Below are positions 1 to 13,235 of a DNA stretch of 64,000 nucleotides, one piece after another. Every line of letters begins with the position of its first letter. Position 1 is the stretch's first letter. Position numbers and translations under genes: made by a program. The DNA lies in NCBI RefSeq assembly GCF_037042905.1, contig NC_087246.1:13844233-13908232 (forward strand), written 5' to 3'. Source of the stretch: Lytechinus pictus (Eukaryota). The notes under the pieces are model-generated. The model was not told the origin of the DNA. It saw nothing but the letters and a program-made list of their open reading frames with translations, and made no database searches.

Positions 1-151
1 TAATTAAAATCAAAATTTACAGATCAATTTACATAGGCCGGGGGCTAAATCACCGCCCCCAAGAAGATATGGGGGAGATTCTGTTCAAGTGGATTAAATC
101 GCGCTTTAAAGGAGAATGAAATCTTTGGAACAAGATAACTTGTGTGAAAAC

Positions 152-612
152 AGAAAAATCAAAGAAATGCAGATCACCGAAAGTTTGAGAAAACTCGGAC
201 AAATAATGAGAAAGTTATGAGAATTTGAATATTGCGATCACTAACGCTATGGAGATCCTCACATTGGCAATGCGACAAAGATGTGTGATGTCACTTGTGA
301 ACAACTCTCCCCATTACTTTATCACATCTATCAGTAGATCATGTATAGGAGGGCATGTAATACAGATTTTTAAAGAATACATGATGGATAAAGAGTCTGT
401 ATCACCATAGAAAAAGCAAAAATATACATTTTGGGGGTATTTTACAGTCCATCAAAGTGAAAGTTGTTCACATGTGACATCCTTGTCGCATTGCCAATCG
501 GAGGATCTCCATAGCATTAGTGAATGCAATATTCTAATGCTCATAACTTTCTCATTATTTGTCCGATCTTTCTCAAACTTTCTTTGTTCTTATTCTTTTA
601 TTTTTCTATTAA
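152..612. mobile_element. Foldback / MITE-like element with arms of about 150 bp (152-310 and 463-612) around a spacer of about 150 bp
   Basis: The reverse complement of 463-612 aligns nearly base-for-base with 152-310 (..gcgacaaagatgtgtgatgtcacttgtgaacaac.. against ..gttgttcacatgtgacatccttgtcgc..). Confidence 0.7.
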
Positions 613-2430
613 TTTCGACACAAGCCTACTTGTTCCAAAGGTTTCATTCCCCTTTAAGTATCCAGTTATTTATACCAATATACATGCAAAAAAAATCTGC
701 TCATGTTTAAGGCTTTGAGAGACGCATCCTTTTCATGATTTCAGCCCGCGCTTTATGCTCGCATTCAGGATTATCCTCTTCACGAATTCCCGACGACCAG
801 TCCTTAGATATGTTCCTTTATTTTCAGCTCAGATATCAAAATTTTCAGCTCGCACTTCAGCGCTCTTCGCACCGATTATTTAGTTAGTTACACATCATTT
901 TGTGAATACAAAGTGTTTAAAATGCCAAGTTCATTATTTGTATGACCTTTATAATGAGGTCTGGTCGTATTCATCATACTTGGGAGTTATAAATTACTGC
1001 AGAAAATCAGCGATGCAGAGTTTGTTAAACTCCTAAAACTCGTCCAATTACACAAAATGACAAATGTTACTTTTATACAAATTTTCAACTTTGCGTTTCT
1101 TTTTAATTAGTACCTATGTAATGTGCTATTGTGGCTCTCAGAAAACGTATGGTATGAGAAACCACAAATTAATCATGAATAACTTTGTAAATACTTGTCC
1201 CTACCGGTTCTTAAAATCTAAACACCAATTTGGAAGCTTGTTAACCAAAGATTAACAAACTTTCATTCCTTGTTCAATGTAATCAAAATGCAGCATTGTA
1301 AAAGATTGTAAGCACATTTCCTTTTTTTTTTAATTAATATACGATACATTTCATAGATTTGAATAGATACATTTTATAGATTTGAATAGATCTAGATCAG
1401 CCATAGAAGGTGACCAGTAGAAATCTGGATTTAGAATTAAATCTCAAACAATTTATATTTAAAAGTAATTCCTCAGGATATAGATCTTACTGGTCACTAT
1501 TCACAGCCTGTATGAAATTATTCCGATGTTTATCATGGAAAATTGATAGCACTCTGGATGAAAAATACTTCAATATTGTCTTCTAAAAAACACTCTCCTC
1601 ACAGAATAACAAGCATCATGGATTTAAACTACTTCAAGAAAAATGAACATCTTTTAGACAAGTTAAATAACATTTCAGAGCAATCGTTGTATTGATATAT
1701 TTTCCTTTTTTATTGCAGTTTTCTTACAAAATATTAATAATGTACACATATTTACAAATACAATATAAACAGATTACCAAATAATATTGTAATTTCGAGG
1801 TATTTACAACACTGCCCATTATTCAATTATGAATAGCAATCCTTTACAATGGTCCTCAAGAATTGCATTCCTCATAAATGAGCAGTGTACAATTACACAT
1901 GCAATTTGTGTATGGATTGAAGGGCCCCAATTTCTGAAGAATTGCTATTCAGTAAAGTCATGTATTATATAAATAGTGCTCTTTAGAAATATAAAATTTA
2001 CCCCAACAAATAAGTTTGAAATACTAGAAGCCCATGAATAAAATTCATTATTCATTATTTCAATATGATGTATTTTGGGGAAAATGTGTTTTCAACTTAT
2101 CAGACTTTACACAATAGGTTATATTTTAATCTAATGGCAGTCTGTAACAACTCAACAATGAACTTTCATTAATCTTAGTTTTATTTCATTATGCTACAAT
2201 GTTCAGAACAACTATATTATGTTCAGAATTCAGTTTTTGTAAACATCAGAAGAGCTATAATTGATAGCTCTCTTGGTTTATAATTCATCAATTATTAAAT
2301 GCTTGGATATTTCCTCTCAGAACAAAATTTGAATATGCTAGTTTAAAGAATCATCCAGTTCTCAATTGTTTAATTACAATACCAGTTGGCTGTATATTAG
2401 AATGTTTATTTTGATACTGTAATTATATCC

Positions 2431-2499
2431 TCAATCGCTGTCAGGTAAAAACATATCTTCTGCTTCTTGGAGTACGCCATTTGCATCTGCAAGTTTGAT
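2431..2499 (-). CDS. MORN3: MORN gene terminal coding exon. IKLADANGVLQEAEDMFLPDSD*, stop TGA at 2433-2431.
   Basis: Acceptor ttttag|ATCAAACTT. Phase 0. AATAAA on the minus strand at 2410-2405, just downstream of the stop. Confidence 0.65.
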   Translation of the reverse strand: MKLADANGVLQEAEDMFLPDSD

Positions 2500-3244
2500 C
2501 TAAAATGAAACAGAACAGGAAGAGATGTATGAGTGCCATCAAAATAGAAATCCTTCCACAGAACATACGAGCGTTCACAGAAAATTCTATCTTGATTTGA
2601 TAAACAATACATAAATGCAGCTGTAAGATAGGATAACAGAAAAACTTTGCCAGTCAATCTCAAGTCAATAGAAATCTATGCCACAGGAAGTCTATGCACT
2701 TGGGGAAATTTTTACCTTCGTAAAAGGAAATTGGGATGTAAATTACACATATTACATTATCAGGTCTAAATACTGCCACTATCAACCATTATTTAACTTC
2801 TGAACAGTTGACTAGAGATATTAAAGGTTGACAACATATAAACTTAGCAAAAAGAAACTTTATACATGAATGGGTTCACTCAAATAGTAGGCCTACTGTT
2901 TGAATTTTACTCTTTCTAATTCTCAATATGCCCTATCTACTAAACCACTAAAATATCATTACCCTTTTATATAATTATTCATTTAATGACCATGCTCATA
3001 ATTATCATAATCCAGGGGCAGTGCTAGCACGGGGCAGCCAACGCTTATGAATTTCCAAGTAGTTTTTTTAAAAAGGTATTCAAAAACGGAAAGAAGGACA
3101 AAGATGAAGAGAGAAGAGAGTCAAAGGGACATGGAGTGTGTTGTGTAAGCCCTTGTTGCCCATTATTTTTGTTTGCTTCTATATTATTAACATGTGTGTC
3201 TATAAGAAAACTACAGATGTGACACCTATTAGTGTAAGACATAC

Positions 3245-3429
3245 CTCTGGAATGGGATACTGAGTTGGGTCTGGAGCTCCCTCTCTGCCAAAGTCTACCA
3301 TGGTGCCACACTTAGCAATGTCATTGACCCAGACACCCTCATAGACCTGACCTTTGTCCAAGTAGAAGAACTTTCCTGGTCCATTCTTCTTGTGATCCTT
3401 CCACGTGCCCTCGTAACGGTTCTCCGTCG
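3245..3429 (-). CDS. MORN3: MORN gene exon 4. ATENRYEGTWKDHKKNGPGKFFYLDKGQVYEGVWVNDIAKCGTMVDFGREGAPDPTQYPIPE.
   Basis: Acceptor ctcattcag|CGACGG and donor CCAGAG|gtatgt; 185 nt; phase-consistent with exon 3. Confidence 0.8.
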
Positions 3430-6403
3430 CTGAATGAGAGAAACCAAGAACAGACTTGCCAGATTAATCACCACTAGTTTTCCTTCAGAACAAGAGTGGT
3501 GTACATATAAGATTGAAATGGAAGATCTCCTCCATTGCTGACAAGTAATGACAAAAATGTTCAGTGTTGATCCTAATTACCACATTGAATCATTCACTTT
3601 TTTCAATAGCATTAACTTTATTGAAAAAAAAATACCGATTGTGACAAACTGAGAAGTACAAAATACAATATCTTTTCTTAACATGTAACCAGCAATACTT
3701 GGAAGTTTTAGACTAAATATAAGTCATAACCTTCCATAAAAAAAGGTGACAGACATTGAGATTTGTCTGCAAAAACCCGGTGGGCAATGCATCCGCAAGC
3801 ACCAGAAATTCAGCCTACCGCAAGAATTCTTGATGCTATGGCAGTACACAATCATGACATTTTTTTTTCATTGTATATATCTTGATATGTGTAGGACATT
3901 TATGTCTGTAGGCCTATTCATGTTTGAACAATTTACAAGAGTAGCTGTAATGGTGATTTTGGTTCTGAATCACAACCAAAGTTACTACATGTAATATTGA
4001 CTACCTTGAAACATATGATCTGATATCTTAAAACTATATATAAGATCAATAAACTGTAAAAGTATATCTTAATATCAGTCAGTCATTTAGATTATGCCCA
4101 TTGTTGCTTGAATAAAATGTATTAAAATTCCCAACCCTTTTTTCATATATATGCCAAACCACATTTAATACAAGAATGCATAGTGTAGCAACATATGCTG
4201 CTTATAATTAAATGACTGATGTCATATGCTGTATCAAATCAATTATATGAGTGTCCAATAAAAACGATTATTTACAATAATGTAAATAATTCCCATTTAC
4301 TACCAGATAAATTGCTGAAATACTAGAGGGCTTATTAAATGTAGTCTCTTGTTACAATATATTTTGTATTCACTATATCTCAGAAGCGAAATATCACAAC
4401 CAGGCCTCACAACAACTAACATATATTTTTCATGAAACAGAAAAGTTGAAATCATAATTAATAAAGACTGCCCCAGTTACAGATTTGTTGTTCTTAGCAG
4501 GAACTCCCAACTCTCTGTTCTTAGTGTGTGAAGGGTTGTGTTATCGTTGTATAAGCAGTAATGACAGAGCAATCTGGAAAATTGTAAACATGTTTATTCT
4601 CCTGTTGAATGCATTATTTTGTTTCCAGCAACCCTCTCTCTATCCCTGACCCAGACATCCTGGTTTACTGCACCTACTTTCCACATCCTCCAAATAATTT
4701 AAAGGACACATCAGTATAGCAAAGGTTACAAAATTTAAATTGAAATTGACCTCTTATACAGCATCTAAAAAAAAATGAAAAAAAAAAACAATGGGGGCTG
4801 AAGACGGAATTAACCTCCTAAATTAAAAAAAAAAAATAGCCCCTGTAAGTTACCATTTGGTTCAAATCAAACAGTACACAAATAACTTGAAATAAATGAA
4901 AATGGGAAAACTAGCCGCTGCACAGACAATACAATGTTTCACCCTGATAGAATTTTGTAATATAGGCTTTATAGCAATATCTTCGAAATAAAAACTGAAT
5001 GGGGTTGACTGTTTTTATAGACCATTATTAAATGACTCTGTACGAACAAGAAACTAAAAATTTCCAAGATGATAATACCTTCAAATTTTAAGCTGGGAAA
5101 TATGAAAATACTGGCTTTAAAAAATTCCTTACGTCAATTTGAATGTATATTTCTGGTATGAAATGGAATGTTTGTGAAACCATGCCATGTTTTGCCTCAC
5201 AGGACCAAGCTCAGTTACATTCAGGCTGCCTGCAATGTCAAAGGTGTACAGCTAAATCAATTCTATTGGGCAGATATTCTTACACAAGCAAGATATCACA
5301 GTATGAGACAGAGACAAACCATGCAGAGAACAATGGCAATAAAGATATTAAGCATACAGAGTACTTGTTTTACACAGTGTCAATGAGCAGCAATAGATTA
5401 ATAGTCTGACAAGAAATAGAGGTGAGGGGAGAAGAGAGGAGAGAAGAATGTTAGAGGGGCATATGTCTGAAAATATTCTGACCATGAAAAAAAGAACAGT
5501 AAGATGTTAAAACATCAGTATAATTCATCTCCTTTTCCTCTGTTTCTAATTTTGGTTGATTGATGGGGGACTTCCCAAGACCATTCAATATCAGACCATC
5601 ATTATAACTAATTCATGCGAATTTCAAACAATTAATACATAATAACAACAAATAAATAATAATTGTTTATTCATGTGTTATTGCAAGATGATCTGTCTAC
5701 CGTGATTGTTTAATGAATCTGGGTGGGGTTGATTGATTGTGATTGATTGTGGGTGAATGTGTGTTGGGAGATAGGGTGGATGGATGGATGTGTAGTGTGT
5801 ACTCCTCTAATGGGTCACAAGGTTTGCAAATGGTTCCAGGTTCCTCTTCTCTTTCTCATTTTAACTTGTAAATAACAATTTTTAATAAATTGCGTAAATA
5901 CGAACTGCCATTGTCATTCTTCTTTTTTTAGCTTATCATATGCAGCTGGTCATATTCTTATATCAGTTTTGATTTTTGAATTTGATGTAACTTTTTAACC
6001 TTGTCAGGACCTTGATATAAAACAGTGTTTTTATACTGATCTTGTGTTTTCCTGAATAAATATATTTCAATAAATGAAATAATAATAATAGCCAGTTATA
6101 GCGCTTTTCCCAATACGGGTTAAAGCACTTTCTAGCATATTATTACCCCAGCCATAAAGAAAATATAGATAGATTTATTAAAATGAAAAATAATGTTTTA
6201 TGATCACTAAAGTAACAAAGTGATGAATTAATAAAATATAACTTTACAAAACAAATACTGAATAGAATGAAAAATAAAGTACTGTACATAAACAAATAGG
6301 GAAATTACACTTGCAGATATTCACATCAGTTAGCAAATAAGCACATAAAAAAATTAAAACCAAAATTTATATACTAATATATGGTTTAAATAGAATAACC
6401 TAC

Positions 6404-6563
6404 CTAATCTGAGCATGCCCTGTCCATTCCTCTCATCATTGTACCACTCTCCCTCATATGTGCTTCCATCAGCAAAGTACATCCTACCCCACCCACTGCG
6501 TTTATCAGCATACCATTCTCCTTCATAATACTCTTCTGCTGAGTAAAAATGTGTTCCATAACC
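6404..6563 (-). CDS. MORN3: MORN gene exon 3. GYGTHFYSAEEYYEGEWYADKRSGWGRMYFADGSTYEGEWYNDERNGQGMLRL.
   Basis: Acceptor tgttcag|GGTTATGG and donor AGATTAG|gtaggt; 160 nt, phase 0 in, phase 1 out. Matches ORF 6354..6626(-). Confidence 0.8.
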
Positions 6564-7194
6564 CTGAACAACATTGGAAGAAGAAATATTAGAAATTAGT
6601 TTGCACGTAAAACTTGATTTTTGCATTTCATTTTTGCTTTTGAGAAATATTTACACAAGTTGATTCAATTTTATATATTTATTCATTTATAAATTTTTTC
6701 CTCATAAAAAGCAGGGTAGTCCGAGTGCCAGAGGCCTGCTTTACGAGGGAGCCTTGTTATAAAAACAATTCATATTTCAAACATTATACAATCACATTTA
6801 TAACATACACAATCAAATCAAACATCAAATATACACAATACAAAAAAGAGGGGGAAAAAATATATATGTGTATATGTATATACAGTATAAATTACACAAA
6901 CACAAATAAATAAGCTCACTTGGATTTTACTTTAAAATAGGAATTGAGGCAGAGCATTTAATACGTACAGATAACATGTTGAAAATTTTCAATGCTGTAT
7001 AGGAGAACAGCTGTTTTTTTATACTCCTTTCTTGGTTTTGCGAGATGTGATTTCTGCATTGAGAAGGATCTTGTAATGTAGAGTAATGATTAGTTCTCAG
7101 AGGCATGGTTTGCTTTAATTACCAGGACTCCAGGAGCAAGACCGTCCAGAATTTTATACAATCTGTTTTTAACAGATAGCAATTTCAAAGAATC

Positions 7195-7960
7195 CAACAA
7201 ACCCTGGGGTGATATTTTGATCATTGTCTTTTCTCCACATTTTCTCTTTTCTCAGAGATATGACAGAATCAGTATTCTGGTGGATGTCATAAGTTAACTT
7301 TTGTCATAAAAATCTTCTCTTAAGCGTGCACCAAAAATATGCGGTTCTTAAATGCACATAATCACAATATACAAGCAAATGATATGACAAAATTCATGAC
7401 ACAGTCCAGCACTTGTAGCAGTCATAAAATTTTGTCATATCTTTTAGTATCAATTCCCTGCCGACTATTAATGTCAAGCATACAATTCTATTAATTAGAT
7501 TACATTGTGGCATTAATTTCATTCATCTTCCATGACTATTTTCATAGATATTTTTTCATGCTACAATTAGTTAAGCCCTGCATATTAATTGTTTTCCCCT
7601 TTTTTCTATCTCTTCTAAAAATTCTTCACAGCTCTGTCTCTCATTCTAATTAAGCGCATCAATATAGACGCAGTTGTGTGATGCCAGCTACTGTATTGAA
7701 GATATGCCCCACTTGCCACCGGGTCTTCCTATTGATTAGAAGAACTCCCACTGGGAACTAATGGTGATTTTGATTGGTGCCTCTGAAAAGATGGGAATGA
7801 ACTTGGAGAGATATGACAAGGAAAAGACAATGTTCAGAATACCGATTTGTGACAGTATCATAGCGGTGTCATATCTCAGAGAGAAATAACAAAATTTATG
7901 ACAAAAGTTATGACAGTGTTCTAGAATACCACCCCTGGACTCTGCTATAATAATCTGCAT
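7195..7960. mobile_element. Probable foldback element with inverted ends that share the motifs cattgtcttttc, gagatatgaca and ttgtcataa
   Basis: 7213-7300 against the reverse complement of 7780-7950, imperfect. Confidence 0.35.
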
Positions 7961-8596
7961 CTAAAACCAAAAGACAAGATTTGTTTTGACACTTCTGTAT
8001 TCGCTGCAAATCTTTCACTTTTAATGATCCTGAGACAGTTGAACCTTATGTAAACATGTACACGTACAGTATATATTTCTTTTCTTTTTTTTTTTACTTG
8101 AAGAATATTCTATGATGGTAAAAAAAATGAAGATTTGAGATGGCATGATGTAATTTATAAATTTCTGAGATGTCGTTTTTCATTATCATATTCACTTGAT
8201 GATAATTCTTATTTAGTTGATTTCATCAATACTATTTTTTTGTGATAGTTAAAACGCAAACAATCAGTTTGATTGGTTCTCCAGAACTGACATATAAGAT
8301 TTAGATTAGAAAAATAATTTTCCTATTTTTCTGGGTATTCTTTTTTTCACTCCAGGTAACTTTACCAACTTCTGCAATTACATCTTATGCAGCTGTTGAT
8401 ATAGCTCTAGGGGGCCTTTTTTGATCAACTCTCACTCATCTAGAATCTATTCGGCCACATGCCACAGTTCCTATATTTCTTCTCTAGTCTTTTAATCTTA
8501 AATTTTTAGAGGAATTTCACAGAAAAAATATTTAAGGAAATATTTGACTCAAGAATCAAGTTAACATGCATGGTTTCCTGTTCTTAGAGCACTCAC

Positions 8597-8751
8597 GTGT
8601 CGTTTATCATTTTTCCAGCCACCAGAGTAGATTCTTTTGTAGCCTCCTCCCTCCATTGGGGTACTTAATGTTCCAAACCCGTTCCTCTTTCCGAACTTCC
8701 AATCTCCATCATATAAAGCTCCCGACTTCTTCCACTTGTAAGTTCCTTTGC
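8597..8751 (-). CDS. MORN3: MORN gene exon 2. GKGTYKWKKSGALYDGDWKFGKRNGFGTLSTPMEGGGYKRIYSGGWKNDKRH.
   Basis: Acceptor cattacag|GC and donor CGACAC|gtgagt on the minus strand. Phase 1 in, phase 0 out. MORN repeats match ORF 8561..8830(-). Confidence 0.8.
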
Positions 8752-9973
8752 CTGTAATGAAAGAAGCAATGTAATTACAATAAATGCAGATATATGGTTT
8801 CAGGGGTAAAAGAGAACTAATCTGGTACACATTTTAGTCTTGGATTAAATAAACAGCTCCAAGTTAGGATGGTTTGAAGAATGGTACATTCCCCCCATGG
8901 TTTAAATACCAGAGATCATTTATAGCATAAAGATACTCATGGTTTAATCATGCACAGGCAATGTTTGTTGTTCTTTTTTTGTATTAAAAGAAGTCTAGTA
9001 TTAGATTTCCTCCAATATTTATTTTATAGGTTGTTGTATGTCCAAATATGTTGTTGTATGTCCAAACAAGTTGCTTAAGTGGATAAGACGGTAATTTTGG
9101 GAAATTGCGATCAATACTTCATTAATAAAAAAAATTATCAGACAATTACAAAGCACATGTTATACTTGCAATTATTTACGCTAATTAATTTTAATGCACG
9201 ACTTTGGGGAAAATCTAGAGCAAAGGTTATTTTTTATAATCTGCTTACGTGTCTGGACAGGAATCCCAACCATACTTTATGCATTTCATTTGACAAAAAA
9301 CTTGTACTTTATGTATGGTGTGCCATAGTGTTTTCTCCAAAACATATTATGAACAATGTATAATGGAAGCATCATCTAACTTAAGCTCTATTCCCATTGT
9401 ATTAGGGCAAGGCCACCGTTTCTATTAGATATAGTAGAGTGCAAATTTCTTTATGACAGCACAATGGGGAATTCAAAAGGGCATCAAAAATTTATTAGGC
9501 CAATCATTTTAGAGGGGCATTGCCATTGAAGTCAGTCAACAGGGCATTACTGCCATGGGAGTGGCTAAGTTGGTATATAATTCACACTCTGCCATTTAAG
9601 ACGAGAAATACAACTTTACAAGTAAATATCATTTAATTTTAATAGGGTAGTCTGAAATAATAAGTGCAGCACAGAAGATCAAATACAATTGGGAAAAAAA
9701 CTATGTAACAGTAACATAAGACTTTTGGTTTTGTTCGTTTTTAAATTCTTTGCAATTTACAAGTTGATCATTACTGAAGTTGGGAGCAAACAATCAATCC
9801 AGAGCCTATCAGTATCACGTTTTTCCAATCTACATGTAGCCCCCCCCCCCAACGTTACTTATTTTTTACTTCAACTTGTACTAGAATCATAAAACCTTTG
9901 ACTTTTTTACTCTTAGTCTTAATAGTTTTGGTCTGCCTATATTAGTTTTTTTTTTTTTGAATCTCAGTCTCAC

Positions 9974-10118
9974 CATGTTTTTTGTTGTCGAGCCATTCTC
10001 CTGTATATTCATCTCCATTTACAGAATACACTGTACTCCTGACACCTTTTTTCTGTGCCTTATAGTCCCAATCATGCCACAGAGGTTGCGTTTTCTTTGG
10101 TACTTTCTGATACGGCAT
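9974..10118 (-). CDS. MORN3: MORN gene coding exon 1 (start codon at 10118-10116). MPYQKVPKKTQPLWHDWDYKAQKKGVRSTVYSVNGDEYTGEWLDNKKH, ends phase 1.
   Basis: ATG in gaaagATGc context; donor CATG|gtgag at 9973-9972; 145 nt. Confidence 0.7.
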
Positions 10119-11104
10119 CTTTCCCTGGTTGAGTTCAGCTAGATCTACAGGGTTTACTGTACGATACCCACGCCAGCGGGCTCGGCTGGTACGAGTTTCA
10201 GCAATCCGATAAAAGCAGCTGAATTTTTAGTGTCTCTTAATCTTATGCTTCAAATTAATACACCGACAGAGGAATTTCATCCGCTTTTCACAAAAACTGT
10301 GAATGTCACAGACAGTATCAGGTTAGAATCATAGATTTATAGTGTGAAATGATGAAGTAGTAAACAATTACAATCGTCTTCTTCCTTCAAGCATTGCCTT
10401 CGTTCGGAGAGAAACGGGGTACCGGTGAAAAACTATTGTTTGGGTCAAAGGTCACAAAGCTATGGTAACGATCCGCAAAAGCTCCATGCTCTCAAGCGAA
10501 TTAGAATGAGTGCATGGGGGATGTGGGCAGGTCAGTGGGTGGGGTGCGCGGGGCACGAATCTTAATATTTTTTCTCAGCTCAGGGAAGTAAGAAAAAGTG
10601 AAAATGAAATAGAAAAATGATAATTGAGAGAGGGATCACGAGTCCCTTTTTTAAGTGACGTTATTGTATTTATTTTGAAGGATAGAGAATGAGAAGGGAA
10701 CTTTGAAGATATAGCTATATATAGAACAGGGGCAGCGGCACCACCCTATTGACGGGGGGGGGGGGCAAGACGATCTTTATTTATCTCAATTAAATTACAG
10801 GGGTAATACAGAGTTACCCGACCAATACCTCTCTACTTCTTCTCTTCAGTTTCTTCTTCAGTTTAACGTTTCCCCCTTTTCACGTAAAGTTGTATCGGCG
10901 GTTGCCCTCCTGCCCCCACTGTAGTACAGCACCGCCCTGTTCTAGGAACAGGGCGGATTTTTTTTTTTTAATCATTATATGTAGGCCTTCCTTCCAGGCC
11001 ATCAACCCATATTCTTTATCGGTACCGACATGAAAAATAACAGTGAATATGGGTGTCGATCATGGGGGAATGGGGATATTTTTTTTCTTGTATTTATGTG
11101 AATG

Positions 11105-11190
11105 GGGATATTTTCTTTCTTTCTTTCTTTCATTCTTTCTTTCTTTCAGGCTTTCTTTCCTTCTTTCTTTCTTTATTTCCCCCTGTTTTA
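11105..11190. repeat. (TTTC)n microsatellite
   Basis: tttctttctttctttc... repeats directly. Confidence 0.9.
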
Positions 11191-11263
11191 TGCGCCTCCA
11201 AGAGAGGATCCGCCGATGGAAGTACAATTTTTACCCTTATGTTCTGGACACGGATTTCTAAAG

Positions 11264-11498
11264 CACACTCTAAATTACAGGGATTTAAAACAAGTCCACA
11301 TGGACTGTAGTTAGGGACCAATCGAATTCCGGATTTAGTTTGAATCCTTAAGATTCATTTTTAAATCTCGAAAGATTTAAATTTAAATCATTTGAGATAT
11401 AAATTTAAGTCGTTAGGATTAAAACTAAATTCAGAAATCGATTGGTCCCTAGCTACAGTCCATCTGGACTTATTTTAAATCCCTGTAATTTAGAGTGC
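11264..11498. mobile_element. MITE of about 235 bp with terminal inverted repeats of about 60 bp (cacactctaaattacagggatttaaaacaagtccacatggactgtag...)
   Basis: 11264-11330 is the reverse complement of 11432-11498. Confidence 0.75.
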
Positions 11499-12559
11499 AG
11501 GCCGCATATGAGTGACCCCTACCCCCCCCCCGGGCCTTCTCATCCCTCCGGAGGGTACCTGTAGAGTATTTGTGAAAACAACCGATGGCAAAAAGAGATT
11601 TAGGCTATATTGGCTCACTGATATTATGCAGGTTAAAGAAAACTGTCAATACCCGCTGAGTCAATTTTGTCCAAGCGCCATCTCATGCATGGTCTTACAC
11701 TTTTTAAATATAATGTATATCTAATAAATTTCATGACATCCGCAGAAATAAGAGAAAAGGTCAAACATTACACTTGTACCTGACTTTCGGAGACTGATCT
11801 TTATCAAAGTTTGATTCTATCCAAAACAGTCTGTGGGCCTAAATTGCCTTTTTGGAATGTTCACTGTTAGGATAGTTTGCTTTTCAATTAATTACTGCAT
11901 TGCAGATCTGATTCGCCAATTTCATTTTGCCTATACTCAATCCTTTCCTCTTGCTTTCGATATGCTTTATTTTGCCACGCGAGTATAGGCCAGGCTAGGA
12001 TATAGTCTTTCAGATGGTTCAAATAATATTTATAACATAGAACTCAAATATTATTAACTCAGCCGATCGGATAAAATGTGGTTGATTTTTTCTCCCGCCA
12101 TGCCCCTCCCCATAATTATTCATCCTCCTCTGATGTGACATATCCCTGGTATAGACCTTCTAAATTATCATCTAAACCACATAGACAGCCACATGACAAG
12201 CTATAATAGTCTCATGGACTAGCTTGGGTTTGAAACGGCTTGATAGGCCTATTAAGGTTTAAAAAGTTCAATAAATGAAAATTCGGAAATAATTATTTTT
12301 ACAGATCAATTATCTGAATTGTTTCTCTTAGGTTTAATGGTTAGATATGGGGTCTTTCTTTTTGTTTTTTGTGTTTTTAATCATTATTCGATTTGCCACA
12401 GGCTGCATAATTTTTATTGTTCTTATCGGCTTTCTTTACCCATGGACCATTGGACCTAGTTCCATCCTTTATACCTTGGAAAAATAAGTATTCCATATGA
12501 ATTTGAGTTCAGTTGAAAAAAGTAGGTAAACTGTTTAAAAGGAAAACTTTGAGGAATAT

Positions 12560-12745
12560 GCCCCGGCCCCCCCCCCCCCCCCCCCCCCCGCCTCCCGGGC
12601 ACCTACCTCCGATTCGGGTTCCCAGGTGTGGGTTTGGGGCATCGATGTATAGATCAGCAAAACAATTCTGTACAATAAACAGTCATAAAAACAAACAAAA
12701 CAAAAAACATATACCGTACCCCGCCCCCCCCCCCCCCCACACACA
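12560..12745. repeat. Two long poly-C tracts (12562-12600 and 12720-12745) flanking A-rich sequence
   Basis: Homopolymer runs of at least 18 C. Confidence 0.9.
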
Positions 12746-13235
12746 CAAAAAAAAGGAGGAAAATATATGCAATGACACAGACATATAAAATTATCGGTTA
12801 CACAGTACCCTAAAATGGAATAGCCTGTCCTCCAAAATAGGCCCATAACGTAACATTATGCATTATGCATTTAAGAAATATTGTGCCCCTCCTAAAAAAA
12901 AAACGACCGCGTTCATACTTGAACGGCTGAGATCGATTTTGCTGGATGACAGTAGCCTTTATATAGTTTGAACGCGTTCATAAAATTTTCAAAATAAGTG
13001 ACGACGCCGTTGTTTACGGATGCTAGGGAACAATAGATCTACTTGAATTTTCATGTATGTTACGGAGTTTATCTTTTAAATCACAAGCAAAACTAGAGGT
13101 CTGAAGTGACTGCTTACAGGTAATACCCTTTAAAGATTAATTCTTGATATTTAGTGTGGTTTTCGTGTGATAAAATCTAGACTTAATTTAATGTCATCTC
13201 GTGTGTAGTCCGAGTCGTTTGTTTCTGTGTTACGT

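Larger units (their letters stand above)
2431..10118 (-). other. MORN3: Gene span (CDS start to stop) of a MORN-repeat protein gene, 5 coding exons
   Basis: Five phase-consistent minus-strand exons joined by GT-AG introns. The product is about 237 aa of YEGEW/G-x-G MORN repeats and ends ...CGTMVDFGREGAPDPTQYPIPEIKLADANGVLQEAEDMFLPDSD*, resembling MORN3 as I recall it. Confidence 0.7.

Noticed and set aside
11043-11321. Several overlapping ORFs (FFLSFFLSF...)
   Set aside because: They are read-through of the (TTTC)n microsatellite and the adjacent MITE.
12513-12846. Proline-rich and glycine-rich ORFs on both strands
   Set aside because: They are produced by the poly-C/poly-G homopolymer tracts.
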